This document shows positions 28,629 to 39,030 of a DNA stretch of 64,000 bases, piece by piece. Below the pieces are notes generated by a model. That model saw only the letters and a program-made list of their open reading frames with translations. It did no database searches and was not told the DNA's origin. Made by a program: the position numbers and the translations under genes. Where the stretch lies: the NCBI GenBank assembly GCA_963744145.1, contig CAVUSO010000001.1, forward strand, positions 1,440,001 through 1,504,000. The letters run 5' to 3'. Position 1 is the first letter of the stretch. Each line of letters opens with the position of its first letter. The stretch comes from an uncultured cyanobacterium (GTDB lineage: Bacteria > Cyanobacteriota > Cyanobacteriia > Cyanobacteriales > CAWUOF01).

Positions 28629-30218
28629 CTAAATGGGTCGATAGACGCGATAGTTAATTTGAGGAAAGATATTATCGATTTCTTGGACTTTTTCTAGCCA
28701 ACCACTATCAACCTTACCAAAATTAAGATCCTCATACAATTTGTTAAAACGCATCAGATGCGATCGGGTGCGTTTGACTGCATAAGGAACCATTGTCCCA
28801 GTCCGCATAATAAATGCCCAATCAGAAGATTGAGCCAGTAAAACTTCCCGAGCCGCTTGATTGAGAGCCCGCCATTCTAATTCATCAACAGGTTCTCTCC
28901 GAGCCAGTTCAATCATTCTTTCCGCAGCTTTATGTAAATGGGGATAAACCCAAGAATTAGTTTCATTCAGCCAATATTCGTGGAATCCTTTATAGCCCCA
29001 ACTAGATTGAGCCGGACGAGTTACTTGCTGAGTCGGATAATTTTGCAAGTAGTCCGCTAAATGGGTCATCTCATAAGTATGTTGATCGTACCAAGTTTTC
29101 CGGAACAAATAATCAATAAACCAAGGACCTTCATACCACCAATGACCAAATAGTTCCGCATCATAAGGGGAAACAATAATGGGGGGACGGTGCATCATCG
29201 ACCGGAGATTTTCGACTTGGCGTTCCCGATTATACATAAAATTCCCAGCGTGTTCAGCTGCTTTTTCCCGAGCCCAGTAAGGATCATATAGTTTTTTATC
29301 AGCTAATCCCAAGCCCCGACCTGTAATTTTATGGTATTTAATCCCGGTATTTTTTCGCTGGCCATTGGGCATAATGTAAGGTTTGATATATTCATATTCC
29401 GCTTCCCAACCTAGATCTTTATAAAATTCACGATATTCTGCGGCTCCAGGATAGCCGACTTCTGAAGACCAAACCTGCTGAGATGATTCGTGATCTCGAC
29501 CAAACGCAGCTACACCACACTCAGTGAAAACTGGTGCATAAGTGCCAAATCGGGGACGGGGACGAGCGTAGAGAATCCCATGGCCATCGGTGAGAAAGTA
29601 GCGCAAACCAGCATCAGCCAGCATTCTCTCCACACCTTCATAATAAGCGCATTCTGGCAGCCAAATTCCTTTTGGCTCACGACCAAAATGTTCCTCATAG
29701 TGTTCACAAGCGACCTTAATTTGCGCCCAGACCGCCTGGGGGTACATTTTCATTAGTGGGAAATAACCGTGGGTAGCACCACAGGTAATGATTTCCAGGT
29801 TGTTAGTATCTAAAAAGTTTTTAAAGGCGGTTACCAGATCTCCACCATAGCGTTCCCAAGTTTGTCGAACTTGATTAAATTCTGCGACATAATGTTCGGC
29901 TAAGTAACGCAAATGGCCATTATATTGATTATGCTCAACCTCTAGCGCTGCTAGTTCCTCTAATTTGCTTAAGTGGGCCTCGTAGCGGTTTTGTAAAAGT
30001 GGATCGCGGAGCATTGACACTAAAGGAGGTGTCATGCTCATCGTCATTTTAAAGTTTATGCCATCCCGTTTTAGTCCTTCAAAGACTAACAATAAGGGAA
30101 TATATGTTTCTGTAATGGCTTCAAATAGCCATTCTTCTTCGAGTACATAATCACTTTCCGGATGCCGCACAAAAGGGAGATGGGCATGGAGGACAAGTGC
30201 GAGGTAACCATTAGCCAT
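28629..30218 (-). CDS. GH57 family glycogen branching enzyme-like (DUF1957)
   Basis: LVLHAHLPFV, EAITETYIP, GIWLPEC, PYDAELFGHWWYEG, QSSDWAF. Confidence 0.92.
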   Translation of the reverse strand: MANGYLALVLHAHLPFVRHPESDYVLEEEWLFEAITETYIPLLLVFEGLKRDGINFKMTMSMTPPLVSMLRDPLLQNRYEAHLSKLEELAALEVEHNQYNGHLRYLAEHYVAEFNQVRQTWERYGGDLVTAFKNFLDTNNLEIITCGATHGYFPLMKMYPQAVWAQIKVACEHYEEHFGREPKGIWLPECAYYEGVERMLADAGLRYFLTDGHGILYARPRPRFGTYAPVFTECGVAAFGRDHESSQQVWSSEVGYPGAAEYREFYKDLGWEAEYEYIKPYIMPNGQRKNTGIKYHKITGRGLGLADKKLYDPYWAREKAAEHAGNFMYNRERQVENLRSMMHRPPIIVSPYDAELFGHWWYEGPWFIDYLFRKTWYDQHTYEMTHLADYLQNYPTQQVTRPAQSSWGYKGFHEYWLNETNSWVYPHLHKAAERMIELARREPVDELEWRALNQAAREVLLAQSSDWAFIMRTGTMVPYAVKRTRSHLMRFNKLYEDLNFGKVDSGWLEKVQEIDNIFPQINYRVYRPI

Positions 30219-30577
30219 AGTAGTAGAAGTTTTAGCAGTGGACAGGTCGTCTTGAGGCAGGCTGGGGAAATTTTACGATATTTTAAGATTTTAGGAGTAA
30301 ATGGGGAATAAAGGAAAAAAGTTAGCGATCGCTGGAAATTGCTGCCAGCCAAAGCTGAGCGGATCTGTTACGCTTTTGATGGTGAGCAAAGGTAAGAACC
30401 AAGGTAGTTTCTGAATCCATTATCGCCAATATCCAGATAAAATTAAACTTGCGGCGTTAATTTTGGGGAAATCAACAGCTATAGTTCTTTTTAAACATTG
30501 GCAGCTTGCCAATGTTATATGTAAGTCCTAATTTTGTTTAGAAGCTATGATTAGCCATCAGTTCCTCATATCCCGCA

Positions 30578-31723
30578 GTGCTAGCCATGTCACAAGCAAA
30601 TTTTATGGAACTTGCCCAGCAAGGTGACCCGAAAGCGATCGCCACTGTACTCAACCGTTCTCTGCAAAGCCAAGGTGTCACAGCCAAGGTAATTCGGAAA
30701 AATGATTCCCTCCAGGTACTGCTCGAATCAGCACAGATTCCAGCCCAAAAGTCCCTCGTCCCATTAATTTATAAAGAAATCAGCAATCTGAGGATTTCCT
30801 CAATTCAAACCATCAAAGTTTACGGACGTAAACAAGGTGATAAAGACCCATCCTGGCAGGAAGAACTAGAAGTACCTGTCGAAGATGATTTATTGCTCTC
30901 AGAGCTAGAACATGTGATGGCAGAAGATCCTGATTATCACGATCAGGATCAGGATCTCAGCCTCCACCAAGATGCCGATCCGATTTTTGAGGACTTGCCC
31001 ATGGCTAACCAACATGATGATGATCACGAAGCAGATGAAGTCCAAGAAGAATATGATGAAACTGAGGAAGAGGAGCAAGAACAGCCGCGATCGCGTCAGC
31101 TATCTAAACCACTGCTGATCTTATTGTTGTTATTGATTCCCTTGGGATTAGGTATTGGGGTTTATTTAAACTGGTCTACTATTACTGCGGCTCTACCTTT
31201 TCTAGGTGGCTCCCCCACTCCTCCAACTTCACCAGCTCCGGTAGCATCTACACCACCTAAAGCTGCTGCTACTCCGGTTGGAGCTGCTAAACCCTCAACT
31301 GTTGCAGCTAAACCTACCCCAGTAAATCCAGGGACCGCCGCTAAACCCACTCCCACAACTCCAGCGACGGCGATCGCGACTAAAGCTACCCCAACGACGA
31401 CCGCCCCAGTGGCCACAGCTAAACCTACCACACCTGCACCAGTTGAGCAAGCAGCTAAACCCGAGACTGCTAATCCAAAAACCAATGCAGCTCATCCTAA
31501 ACTGCGGGAAGCTGTAAAAAATGCTACAGATGCAGCTAATTTGACTCAAAATGCTACATCCAAGGAAGAATGGAATACGGTGGCTAGTAAATGGCAAGCA
31601 GCGATCAACGCGATGAAGGCTATACCTAAAGATAGCCCTAACTATGCGATCGCACAGGATCGCATACCTATTTATCAGCATAATCTTGAATATGCTCAAC
31701 AAAATGCCGAAAATGGGATTTGA
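30578..31723 (+). CDS. Hypothetical single-pass membrane protein with acidic tract, P/T/A-rich linker and helical C-terminal domain
   Basis: LAQQGDPKAIA N-terminus, D/E tract, TM LLILLLLLIPLGLGIGVY, AKPT repeats; ATG at 30587 is an alternative start. Confidence 0.82.
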   Translation: MLAMSQANFMELAQQGDPKAIATVLNRSLQSQGVTAKVIRKNDSLQVLLESAQIPAQKSLVPLIYKEISNLRISSIQTIKVYGRKQGDKDPSWQEELEVPVEDDLLLSELEHVMAEDPDYHDQDQDLSLHQDADPIFEDLPMANQHDDDHEADEVQEEYDETEEEEQEQPRSRQLSKPLLILLLLLIPLGLGIGVYLNWSTITAALPFLGGSPTPPTSPAPVASTPPKAAATPVGAAKPSTVAAKPTPVNPGTAAKPTPTTPATAIATKATPTTTAPVATAKPTTPAPVEQAAKPETANPKTNAAHPKLREAVKNATDAANLTQNATSKEEWNTVASKWQAAINAMKAIPKDSPNYAIAQDRIPIYQHNLEYAQQNAENGI

Positions 31724-31860
31724 TTTTTAGTCCAAGTTTTGGTCAAAAGATCATTGGGGCTGATAATTTTTTCGCTTAAATTCCATTTTGGTGAGCAGAG
31801 ATTGAATAAACAGGGAGTCCGTGAACTTTTCTGGTGAAGATAATTGTGATGTTTTTCTGA

Positions 31861-31895
31861 AAAAACCCGTTTTTTCTCAAGAAAAACGGGTTTTT
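31861..31895. repeat. Inverted repeat (AAACCCG-type dispersed repeat or terminator)
   Basis: AAAAACCCGTTTTT..AAAAACGGGTTTTT; related motifs near 34280, 32986 and 22789. Confidence 0.55.
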
Positions 31896-32244
31896 AGCCA
31901 AACTTTTTCTGCTCCTGAGCAAAATAGAACCGGATGAATCCTTGAGCCAAGTCAGGCGATCGCTACTCTCCATCTCGATTATTGGTAAAATTAAAACTAT
32001 TGCCAGTTTAAAATTAGATGATCTGGAATTAATCCTGGAATTGCTTCTCTTTTGGAGATCTTCAAGCAAAATTTTGGTTACTGCTAATAAGCGCGAAGAC
32101 AAATCAGGTAGGATCTTCACGATCATCGGAATCAGTAACTCGAAACTGCCAGTCGTTGCACTAGATCAATTAGTTTATTTTATCTAATCAAAGGACTTGA
32201 CTTAACAAGGAAAACCTGTGTTATACTGACGAGCGAAGAGTTGA

Positions 32245-32358
32245 ATTCGGTTGCAGTGTTTGTATCTAGTATGGACAAGCTTTTTTGGTTTGTAGTATTG
32301 GTATGCTTCTCTCCGAACTCTAAATCTCTACGCAATTTAAGACCTTCGGAGATATTCC
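32245..32358 (+). promoter_or_regulatory. Conserved rbp 5' leader
   Basis: TTTGTATCTAGT box plus complementary TCTCCGAA (32310-32317) / TTCGGAGA (32345-32352) covering the RBS, as known for cyanobacterial rbp leaders. Confidence 0.65.
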
Positions 32359-32673
32359 ATGTCAATTTATGTAGGTAACCTATCCTACCAGGTCACCCAA
32401 GAAGACCTTAAAAATGTTTTCACTGAATACGGCAATGTTAAGCGAGTTCAGCTACCTACTGACCGCGAAACAGGTCGGATGCGCGGCTTTGGTTTTGTGG
32501 AAATGACAACGGATGAGGAAGAAGCTGCGGCTATTGAAGCATTAGATGGGGCAGAATGGATGGGACGGGATCTAAAAGTAAATAAAGCGAAGCCTCGCGA
32601 AGACAACAGACGTTCTGGTGGTGGTAGTAGTAGTGGTGGTGGTGGTCGCAGAAACAATAATTATAACAGATAG
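32359..32673 (+). CDS. rbp: RRM RNA-binding protein with Gly-rich tail
   Basis: RNP2 IYVGNL, RNP1 RGFGFVEM. Confidence 0.95.
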   Translation: MSIYVGNLSYQVTQEDLKNVFTEYGNVKRVQLPTDRETGRMRGFGFVEMTTDEEEAAAIEALDGAEWMGRDLKVNKAKPREDNRRSGGGSSSGGGGRRNNNYNR

Positions 32674-32706
32674 TAATTGTAAAAGCATTAAAATTTACTT
32701 GATTGG

Positions 32707-32739
32707 AAAAGACCTAGACGAAGATGTCTAGGTCTTTTT
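32707..32739 (+). terminator. Intrinsic terminator after rbp
   Basis: AAAAGACCTAGAC-gaagat-GTCTAGGTCTTTTT. Confidence 0.8.
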
Positions 32740-32799
32740 CCCTATTATTGATGTCTATATGGATACTGCTCTCCACCACATCCTTAGTCACTGCAATCA

Positions 32800-32978
32800 C
32801 AGGGCTGTTTCATGCTAGCAGAACACCTCTCCCCCAATCCCTCTCCTCAAAGGAAAGAGGAGCAAGAATGACTCGCTATTCAATCTCCCATCAATTTAAT
32901 CATCTTAATTACTCCCCCTGCCCTCCTAGGGAAGGGGGTTAGGTTGCTCATGTGAGAATCGAGCATGAAATAGCCCTG
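32800..32978. mobile_element. MITE-like element with CAGGGCT termini
   Basis: TIRs CAGGGCTGTTTCATGCT / AGCATGAAATAGCCCTG (1 mismatch); interior homologous to 41165-41336. Confidence 0.75.
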
Positions 32979-33676
32979 CACCAGGAAACCGGGTTTCTCT
33001 ACCAAATGTTCGTTTTTCACCTAGATATCTACACACCAAACTCAGTTTCTAGTCTGAGAATGTGGAGTCCTAACCTTTGCACCTACTTATAGACCTGATG
33101 ATCTATTTCATCATCTGAAAATTAGCAAAATTTACTTTTTCCGAACTCGCTCGTTTGTTTAGTAGCTAAAGTTGATTGACTTAAGTAGTGAATAAAAAAT
33201 ATCTGTATAAATGGAAATATCCCCCAAGAAAACGGAAATATGGGGGCTAGTTTTTCACCCTGATCCGCATAAAAGTCTAAATTAGAGTCAATCTTTGATT
33301 GTTCCTTGCTTGTAGCTAGTAGCCAGATAAATCCTCAGCCAGGACTCGCAAAGAATCACAAATCACCTCAGCATACACACCAGGGATTATGCTGGAACTA
33401 AAGGGTTGATTTTCACCTTACACAACTCTGGTAAGAACTCAGATCATTCCCACTTCTGTAAAAAAAAGACTGTTCTATGGATATAAAGGGGCAAAAATAA
33501 AAAAAAACTTACCGATACTATCCAAAGTATAGTTTCCTCTAGTCCTGAGATACTAGGGACAAATGATGTTATCCAGTGATCTAGTTAAAGTTAGAGAAAA
33601 TATTTAATATTTATTACTTGCTAATCATAGAGGTAATATTGAATAATAAGATCAGTAAGCGAATTTATTTAACCTC

Positions 33677-34135
33677 ATGGCTAAAACTAAAAATCTCCCA
33701 ATAGAACCACTGACAGGAAAAGCTCTGCTCCAAAAAGTAAAAGAACTTTCAGACTTACCCAGGAGAGAGACCGCAAAACGTTGTGGATATTACACCAGCA
33801 CAAAGAACAGCCAAACCCGCGTTAATTTAACAGAATTTTACGACGCGGTACTAGCAGCAAAGGGTTTAGACTTAAATCCTGAACGTACAAAAGATGGTCG
33901 AGGACGTGAAGCCTCTTATCGGGTCAGCGTGCATAAAAACGGCCAAATTGTAATTGGGGCTAGTTACACAGAAGCAATGGGATTAAAGCCTGGAGATGAG
34001 TTTGAAATAAAACTGGGGCACCGTCACATTCATCTATATCAGCTTAATAAAGATAGCGACGACTTAGATGAGGATGGTGATGAGGATGGTGATTATGAAG
34101 AATCTGCATCCGATGAATTGGTAACTGTCGGTTAA
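33677..34135 (+). CDS. Cyanobacterial AbrB-like regulator (cyAbrB)
   Basis: LTGKALLQKVKEL..AKRCGY..FYDAVLAAKG..GREASYRVSVHKNGQIVIG..GDEFEIKLG. Confidence 0.93.
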   Translation: MAKTKNLPIEPLTGKALLQKVKELSDLPRRETAKRCGYYTSTKNSQTRVNLTEFYDAVLAAKGLDLNPERTKDGRGREASYRVSVHKNGQIVIGASYTEAMGLKPGDEFEIKLGHRHIHLYQLNKDSDDLDEDGDEDGDYEESASDELVTVG

Positions 34136-34438
34136 AAAAAAAGTTGGTTGGGAAGGGGTAAAGGCGATCGCTTTTAAATAGCTTAAAAGCATATATAGCA
34201 AAGGTTTTGCTGTTTTTTTTGACACTTTTAATCGATTCCCAACCAAAATGACTTAAATCGTCAATCTCGTCTAACATCAAAACCCGGTTTCTTGAAAAAA
34301 TCGGGTTTGTATGTTTTCAATTTGTTCATGGCTAACCTCTGGAGCAGGTCTGGCATGATCTGCTTCAGAAGAAAGATTTAGGCAAATTACTGAAAACTCG
34401 GTTTTTAATTATCCGGGTGATCGGGGCAACTAAGTTGC

Positions 34439-35278
34439 TCAATGCTGATGTTGGAGAAATTTAACAACTTCTTGCCATAGTAAATCCGGGGCTTCAATTA
34501 AAGGTGTATGACCGGTCTGGAAAATTTTTAAATTCCCATTAGGAAGGAGAGAAACTAGACGCTTGGCTAACTCTAGATACTTTTGATCCCTACTACCAGC
34601 AATCACGAGAGTAGGTGTCTGAATCGCGATCGCCTGTTCCCATACAGGTGGCATTACTCCGGAGCTAAAATGTTGTAAACTACTAGCTAGTCCAGCCGGC
34701 TGAATTGGCAAGCGTCTTAATATTTCTTGTGCAAGGAAATTTTTGCCTTTAGCAGTAAGTTCTTGAAACAGAGGTTGTTCTAACCAGGATTGCAAAAAAT
34801 CCACTGGATCGGAATTAAGAATTTTTTGACTCAGTTCCCAGTCTGCTTGTGCTCGATTTTGTCGAGCGGTGTCATCTTGGATTCCGGCTGTGCTAGAAAC
34901 CAAAATCAGGGAACTCAACTGAAGGGAATATTTGACAGCAAATTGTAATGCTAAACGTCCACCCATGGAGTATCCAAATAAATGAAACTTGCTCAGATTT
35001 AAAAAATTCAGCCATTGGTGTAACAGCATTACCTGTCCGGTGGTACTAAAAACGCTTTCCTCTTCAGAAAGCAGCGTTTTTCCATGTCCTGGTAAATCAG
35101 GAATTAAACATCGGTAGTGATCAGTCAAAAAATCTGGAATTTGGTGAAAATCGCGACTACTGCCAGTAAATCCATGCAAAAAAACGATGGTCTGATCAGC
35201 GGGAATTCCCAAGTCAAGATAATGTAGTTTGCCAGATTGATGATGATAATAATTAGATTTAGGGTAGTTGATCGTCAT
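34439..35278 (-). CDS. menH: Alpha/beta hydrolase, MenH (SHCHC synthase)-like
   Basis: FLHGFTG, DLPGHG, GYSMGGRLAL, WLEQPLF, G.RD.KY. Confidence 0.72.
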   Translation of the reverse strand: MTINYPKSNYYHHQSGKLHYLDLGIPADQTIVFLHGFTGSSRDFHQIPDFLTDHYRCLIPDLPGHGKTLLSEEESVFSTTGQVMLLHQWLNFLNLSKFHLFGYSMGGRLALQFAVKYSLQLSSLILVSSTAGIQDDTARQNRAQADWELSQKILNSDPVDFLQSWLEQPLFQELTAKGKNFLAQEILRRLPIQPAGLASSLQHFSSGVMPPVWEQAIAIQTPTLVIAGSRDQKYLELAKRLVSLLPNGNLKIFQTGHTPLIEAPDLLWQEVVKFLQHQH

Positions 35279-35301
35279 TCAGAATGAGATTTAGATCAGA
35301 T

Positions 35302-36777
35302 TTAAAACTGACGAGACCAATTTTTTGGCCAACGTTCTACCACCACTTTAGTTTGAGTAAAAAACTCGATCGCGTGATGTCCTTGGCCATGTAAATCTCC
35401 AAAAAAACTATCTTTCCAACCACTGAAGGGAAAAAATGCCATGGGAGCAGCGACACCAATATTAATTCCAATATTGCCAGCATCAGCTTCATAACGAAAT
35501 TTCCGAGCTAGAGATCCATTGGTAGTAAACAAACAAGCCATATTTCCCCATTGACCGCGATTAACCAAGGCGATCGCATCTTCAATGGTATTAACATTGA
35601 TTAATCCTAATACTGGTCCAAAAATTTCAGTTTGGGCAATTTCACTAGCAGGATCAACCTGAGCTAAAATTGTCGGTTTAATAAAATTACCTTGGCTATA
35701 ACCAGGAATTTGGGGATGACGACCATCTATTAATATAGTTGCACCTGCATTTATACCTTTTTGAATTAATCCTTCAATCCGGGTTTTACTTGCTGGACTA
35801 ATTACTGGACCCATTTCCACTCCTGGATCGAGACCGTATCCCACCACTCTAGTTTTAGCAACTTCTGTTAAACCTTCTGTAAATATTTGACTGGCTTCAC
35901 CCACAGTCACAACTAAAGAAGCAGCTAAACAACGCTGTCCAGCACAACCAAAGGCACTATCTGCGGTAATTTTTAAGGTAGTTTCTAAGTCAGCATCAGG
36001 TAATATAATAATCGGATTTTTGGCACCACCTTGACATTGAGCGCGTTTACCATTAGCAGTTGCTCGACTATAAACATATTTAGCAACAGGGGTAGAACCA
36101 ACAAAGCTAATTGCCCGGATTTGAGGATGATCTAAAATCCCATCTACAATTTCTTTAGCACCATGAACTAAATTAACCACACCTTTGGGTAATCCTGTTT
36201 GCTCAAGTAACTGAAATACTTTTTGCATGGTCAATGGGACTTTTTCCGAAGGTTTGATGATCGTGGTATTCCCACAAGCGATCGCATAAGGAAAAAACCA
36301 GAATGGAATCATCCCCGGAAAATTAAAAGGAGCAATTACTGCGGTTACTCCTACGGGTTGTCGAATCATGATTTCATCAATTCCACGAGCCACATCTTCT
36401 AAGTGGTAACCTTGCATCAACATCGGAATTCCACAAGCGACTTCGACATTTTCGATCGCTCGTCTCATTTCTCCTTGTGACTCAGTTAAGGTTTTACCAC
36501 ATTCGCGGGTAATAATCTGGGCTATTTCTGGTAAATTCTCTTCGAGCAGATTTTTGAGTTTAAATAGATATTGGATTCTTTCTGGTGAGGGAATTTGTCG
36601 CCAAGTTATTAAAGCTGTTGTAGCTGATGTTACTGCTTGCTCTAGTTCTATTGTCAGCGACAAAGGCACCTGTGCCAAGGTTTCTGCTGTAGCTGGGTTG
36701 AGAATTTCCAGGTAATTTGTAGTATTAGACTTACACCATGCACCGTTTATGTAGTTTTGTAAAATATTGAGTGTCAC
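35302..36777 (-). CDS. mmsA: CoA-acylating methylmalonate-semialdehyde dehydrogenase
   Basis: [45 protein letters not shown]. Confidence 0.88.
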   Translation of the reverse strand: MTLNILQNYINGAWCKSNTTNYLEILNPATAETLAQVPLSLTIELEQAVTSATTALITWRQIPSPERIQYLFKLKNLLEENLPEIAQIITRECGKTLTESQGEMRRAIENVEVACGIPMLMQGYHLEDVARGIDEIMIRQPVGVTAVIAPFNFPGMIPFWFFPYAIACGNTTIIKPSEKVPLTMQKVFQLLEQTGLPKGVVNLVHGAKEIVDGILDHPQIRAISFVGSTPVAKYVYSRATANGKRAQCQGGAKNPIIILPDADLETTLKITADSAFGCAGQRCLAASLVVTVGEASQIFTEGLTEVAKTRVVGYGLDPGVEMGPVISPASKTRIEGLIQKGINAGATILIDGRHPQIPGYSQGNFIKPTILAQVDPASEIAQTEIFGPVLGLINVNTIEDAIALVNRGQWGNMACLFTTNGSLARKFRYEADAGNIGINIGVAAPMAFFPFSGWKDSFFGDLHGQGHHAIEFFTQTKVVVERWPKNWSRQF

Positions 36778-37077
36778 TCCTAACTCCTGTTCATCTCTTA
36801 AATGCAGATTATGATTATAGTGTCAAAAATAGACTTTTTTTTTCACCCCCGAAACTCTCCAGCTTGTAAGGCAATAATGCTTATAGTTAAAATAAAAAAA
36901 CAAAGTTGACCAATTCTACAGACAGAAAAAGCGATGAGCGCTCAGAACTTTTTCTGTCTTTTTTCCTATGGATACAGAGTTGTTGATTGGTGACCAGATC
37001 GAGCAGTCACTAGCGATCGCCAATCACCCACCAGGTTTTGGGAGCAATTTTCACCTCAATCAATTAGTAAATACCAA

Positions 37078-38151
37078 ATGATTCCCTTAATCAAAAAATA
37101 TCTAGCAGCGATCCTATTGGGTAGTGCGATCGCGATTCTGACTGGATATCTCGCTTACCAACCAAATTTTCTAGCTAAAGTCCCACAGTCAATTATTTCC
37201 GGTCAGTCTACCACAGCGATCGCCCAAACTGATCAAATTCAACTAGCGATCCCGATCGACTGTACCTTGGGTAAAGACTGTTTTATTATGCACTATGTAG
37301 ATCGACTTCCTAGTCCTGAAGTCCTGGATTTTGCTTGTGGTACACTCACCTATGCAGGTCATAATGGCACGGACTTTGCGATTCGTGATGAAACTGCGAT
37401 GAAAGCAGGTGTTGCTGTCAAAGCATCTGCTCCTGGTCAAGTCTTACGAGTCAGGGATGGAGTACCTGATCAACGAGTAGTAGATCAAACCACGATCCAA
37501 TCCGTGAAAGGAATCGAATGTGGTAATGGTGCTGTCATTGATCATGGTAATGGTTGGCAAACCCAATATTGCCATATGCGTCGTGGTAGTGTAGTTGTGC
37601 AACCGGGAACTTTAGTGGAAAAAGGAACAGTTTTAGGAATGATTGGCGAATCTGGGTTAGCATCATTCCCCCATGTTCATTTAACCGTTACCTATCAAGG
37701 TAAAAATGTTGATCCTTTTGTTGGACCGACAGACCAACCCGGTTGTCATGTAGCACCTCAACCAATTTGGGAAAATCCGATTCCTTATGTTCCAACTGGA
37801 TTAGTTCGTGCTGGTTTTGCTAGTGAAGAACCTAATATGGATCGGATTTGGCAAGGAGATTTTTCCCTAACTACCCTCCCGATTAGTAGTAAGCTACTGA
37901 TATTTTGGGTACAACCTTATGGTGTCAAACAGGGAGATCAAGAAGAATTTCGACTGATTGACCCTAATGGTCAAGAAATTGCTAAAAGTTCCCAACCCAT
38001 TCCATCCACTACTCGGATCTGGTTACGTTATATCGGTAAAATAAATCGTCCTCAACGTCCCCTCATTCCTGGGATATGGCGCGGGGAATACCGTCTGGTA
38101 CGGGGCACTCAAGTGTTAATTGATCTCCAACGCGAAATTAATCTGAGTTAA
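37078..38151 (+). CDS. M23 family metallopeptidase
   Basis: N-terminal hydrophobic segment, HNGTD, YCH, FPHVH. Confidence 0.88.
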   Translation: MIPLIKKYLAAILLGSAIAILTGYLAYQPNFLAKVPQSIISGQSTTAIAQTDQIQLAIPIDCTLGKDCFIMHYVDRLPSPEVLDFACGTLTYAGHNGTDFAIRDETAMKAGVAVKASAPGQVLRVRDGVPDQRVVDQTTIQSVKGIECGNGAVIDHGNGWQTQYCHMRRGSVVVQPGTLVEKGTVLGMIGESGLASFPHVHLTVTYQGKNVDPFVGPTDQPGCHVAPQPIWENPIPYVPTGLVRAGFASEEPNMDRIWQGDFSLTTLPISSKLLIFWVQPYGVKQGDQEEFRLIDPNGQEIAKSSQPIPSTTRIWLRYIGKINRPQRPLIPGIWRGEYRLVRGTQVLIDLQREINLS

Positions 38152-38155
38152 TCAA

Positions 38156-38590
38156 ATGATTGATAAATTTATGACCGTCGCGATCGCTCAAGCTAAACAA
38201 GGTCTCCAAGAGGGTGGAATTCCGATTGGTTCAGTGCTGGTTAAGGATGAGCAAATCATTGGTCGAGGACATAATCAACGAATCCAAGCTAATGACCCCA
38301 TTCTCCATGCAGAAATTGACTGTTTACGCAACGCTGGTCGGATTGGCACCTATAGAGATACAACAATTTATTCTACTTTAATGCCTTGTTATCTTTGTGC
38401 TGGTGCGATCGTCCAATTTGGCATTAAAAAAGTTATTGCTGGAGAATCCCATACTTTTGCAGGAGCTAGAGAATTTATGGAATCCCATGGAATTGAGGTC
38501 ATTGATTTAGACCTAGCAGAATGTAAACAATTAATGCAGGATTTTATTACGAGGAGTCCCCAACTCTGGAATGAGGACATTGGTAAATAA
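38156..38590 (+). CDS. Zinc-dependent nucleoside/cytosine deaminase
   Basis: EGGIPIGSVL, HAE, PCYLC, WNEDIG. Confidence 0.9.
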   Translation: MIDKFMTVAIAQAKQGLQEGGIPIGSVLVKDEQIIGRGHNQRIQANDPILHAEIDCLRNAGRIGTYRDTTIYSTLMPCYLCAGAIVQFGIKKVIAGESHTFAGAREFMESHGIEVIDLDLAECKQLMQDFITRSPQLWNEDIGK

Positions 38591-38635
38591 CCCATCCTCA
38601 GTCTGATCTGAACTTTCTTTCTATTGTTTCTAATT

Positions 38636-38869
38636 TTAAGGTAATGTTGCCCATGCTTGAGCAACCACATCACTTAACCATCGTCTTTGCTGTCGATCTA
38701 AGAAATGGTCTTCTGCTAATAGCTCGGTAGTTAGCTCGTCTAGTGACTTACCCTGGGAACGGGAAATTTGAATCACACCAGCGATCGCTGCTGCGACTAA
38801 TTCTTCACTGACGGTCAATTGCTGTAAATCGGCAATTTCTTGAGGACTGGTTGGAATAGGATAGTTCAT
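38636..38869 (-). CDS. Small conserved cyanobacterial hypothetical protein
   Basis: EELVAAAIAGVIQISRSQGKSLDELT..LL..D..LD..QRRWLS. Confidence 0.72.
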   Translation of the reverse strand: MNYPIPTSPQEIADLQQLTVSEELVAAAIAGVIQISRSQGKSLDELTTELLAEDHFLDRQQRRWLSDVVAQAWATLP

Positions 38870-39030
38870 AGTTAGTTATCCGCGCACCCTGATCAATCAA
38901 CAATTATGAGAAAATTGTAAAGTTTCTTTAAGTGTAATCAAAATGTAGTATACGAGATTCTAGCTTACTTTGTCTATCTGTCAACTCCTTTATTCCTTGA
39001 GATTTGATTAAATTTTGAGATAACCGCACA

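Noticed and set aside
31162..31702. Antisense ORFs of 107 and 135 aa
   Set aside because: Shadows of the low-complexity P/T/A linker of the plus-strand gene.
31776..32365. Overlapping ORFs upstream of rbp
   Set aside because: No recognisable motifs, mutually overlapping, and they span repeat and leader sequence.
32724..32942. 72-aa ORF
   Set aside because: Starts in a terminator and runs through a MITE.
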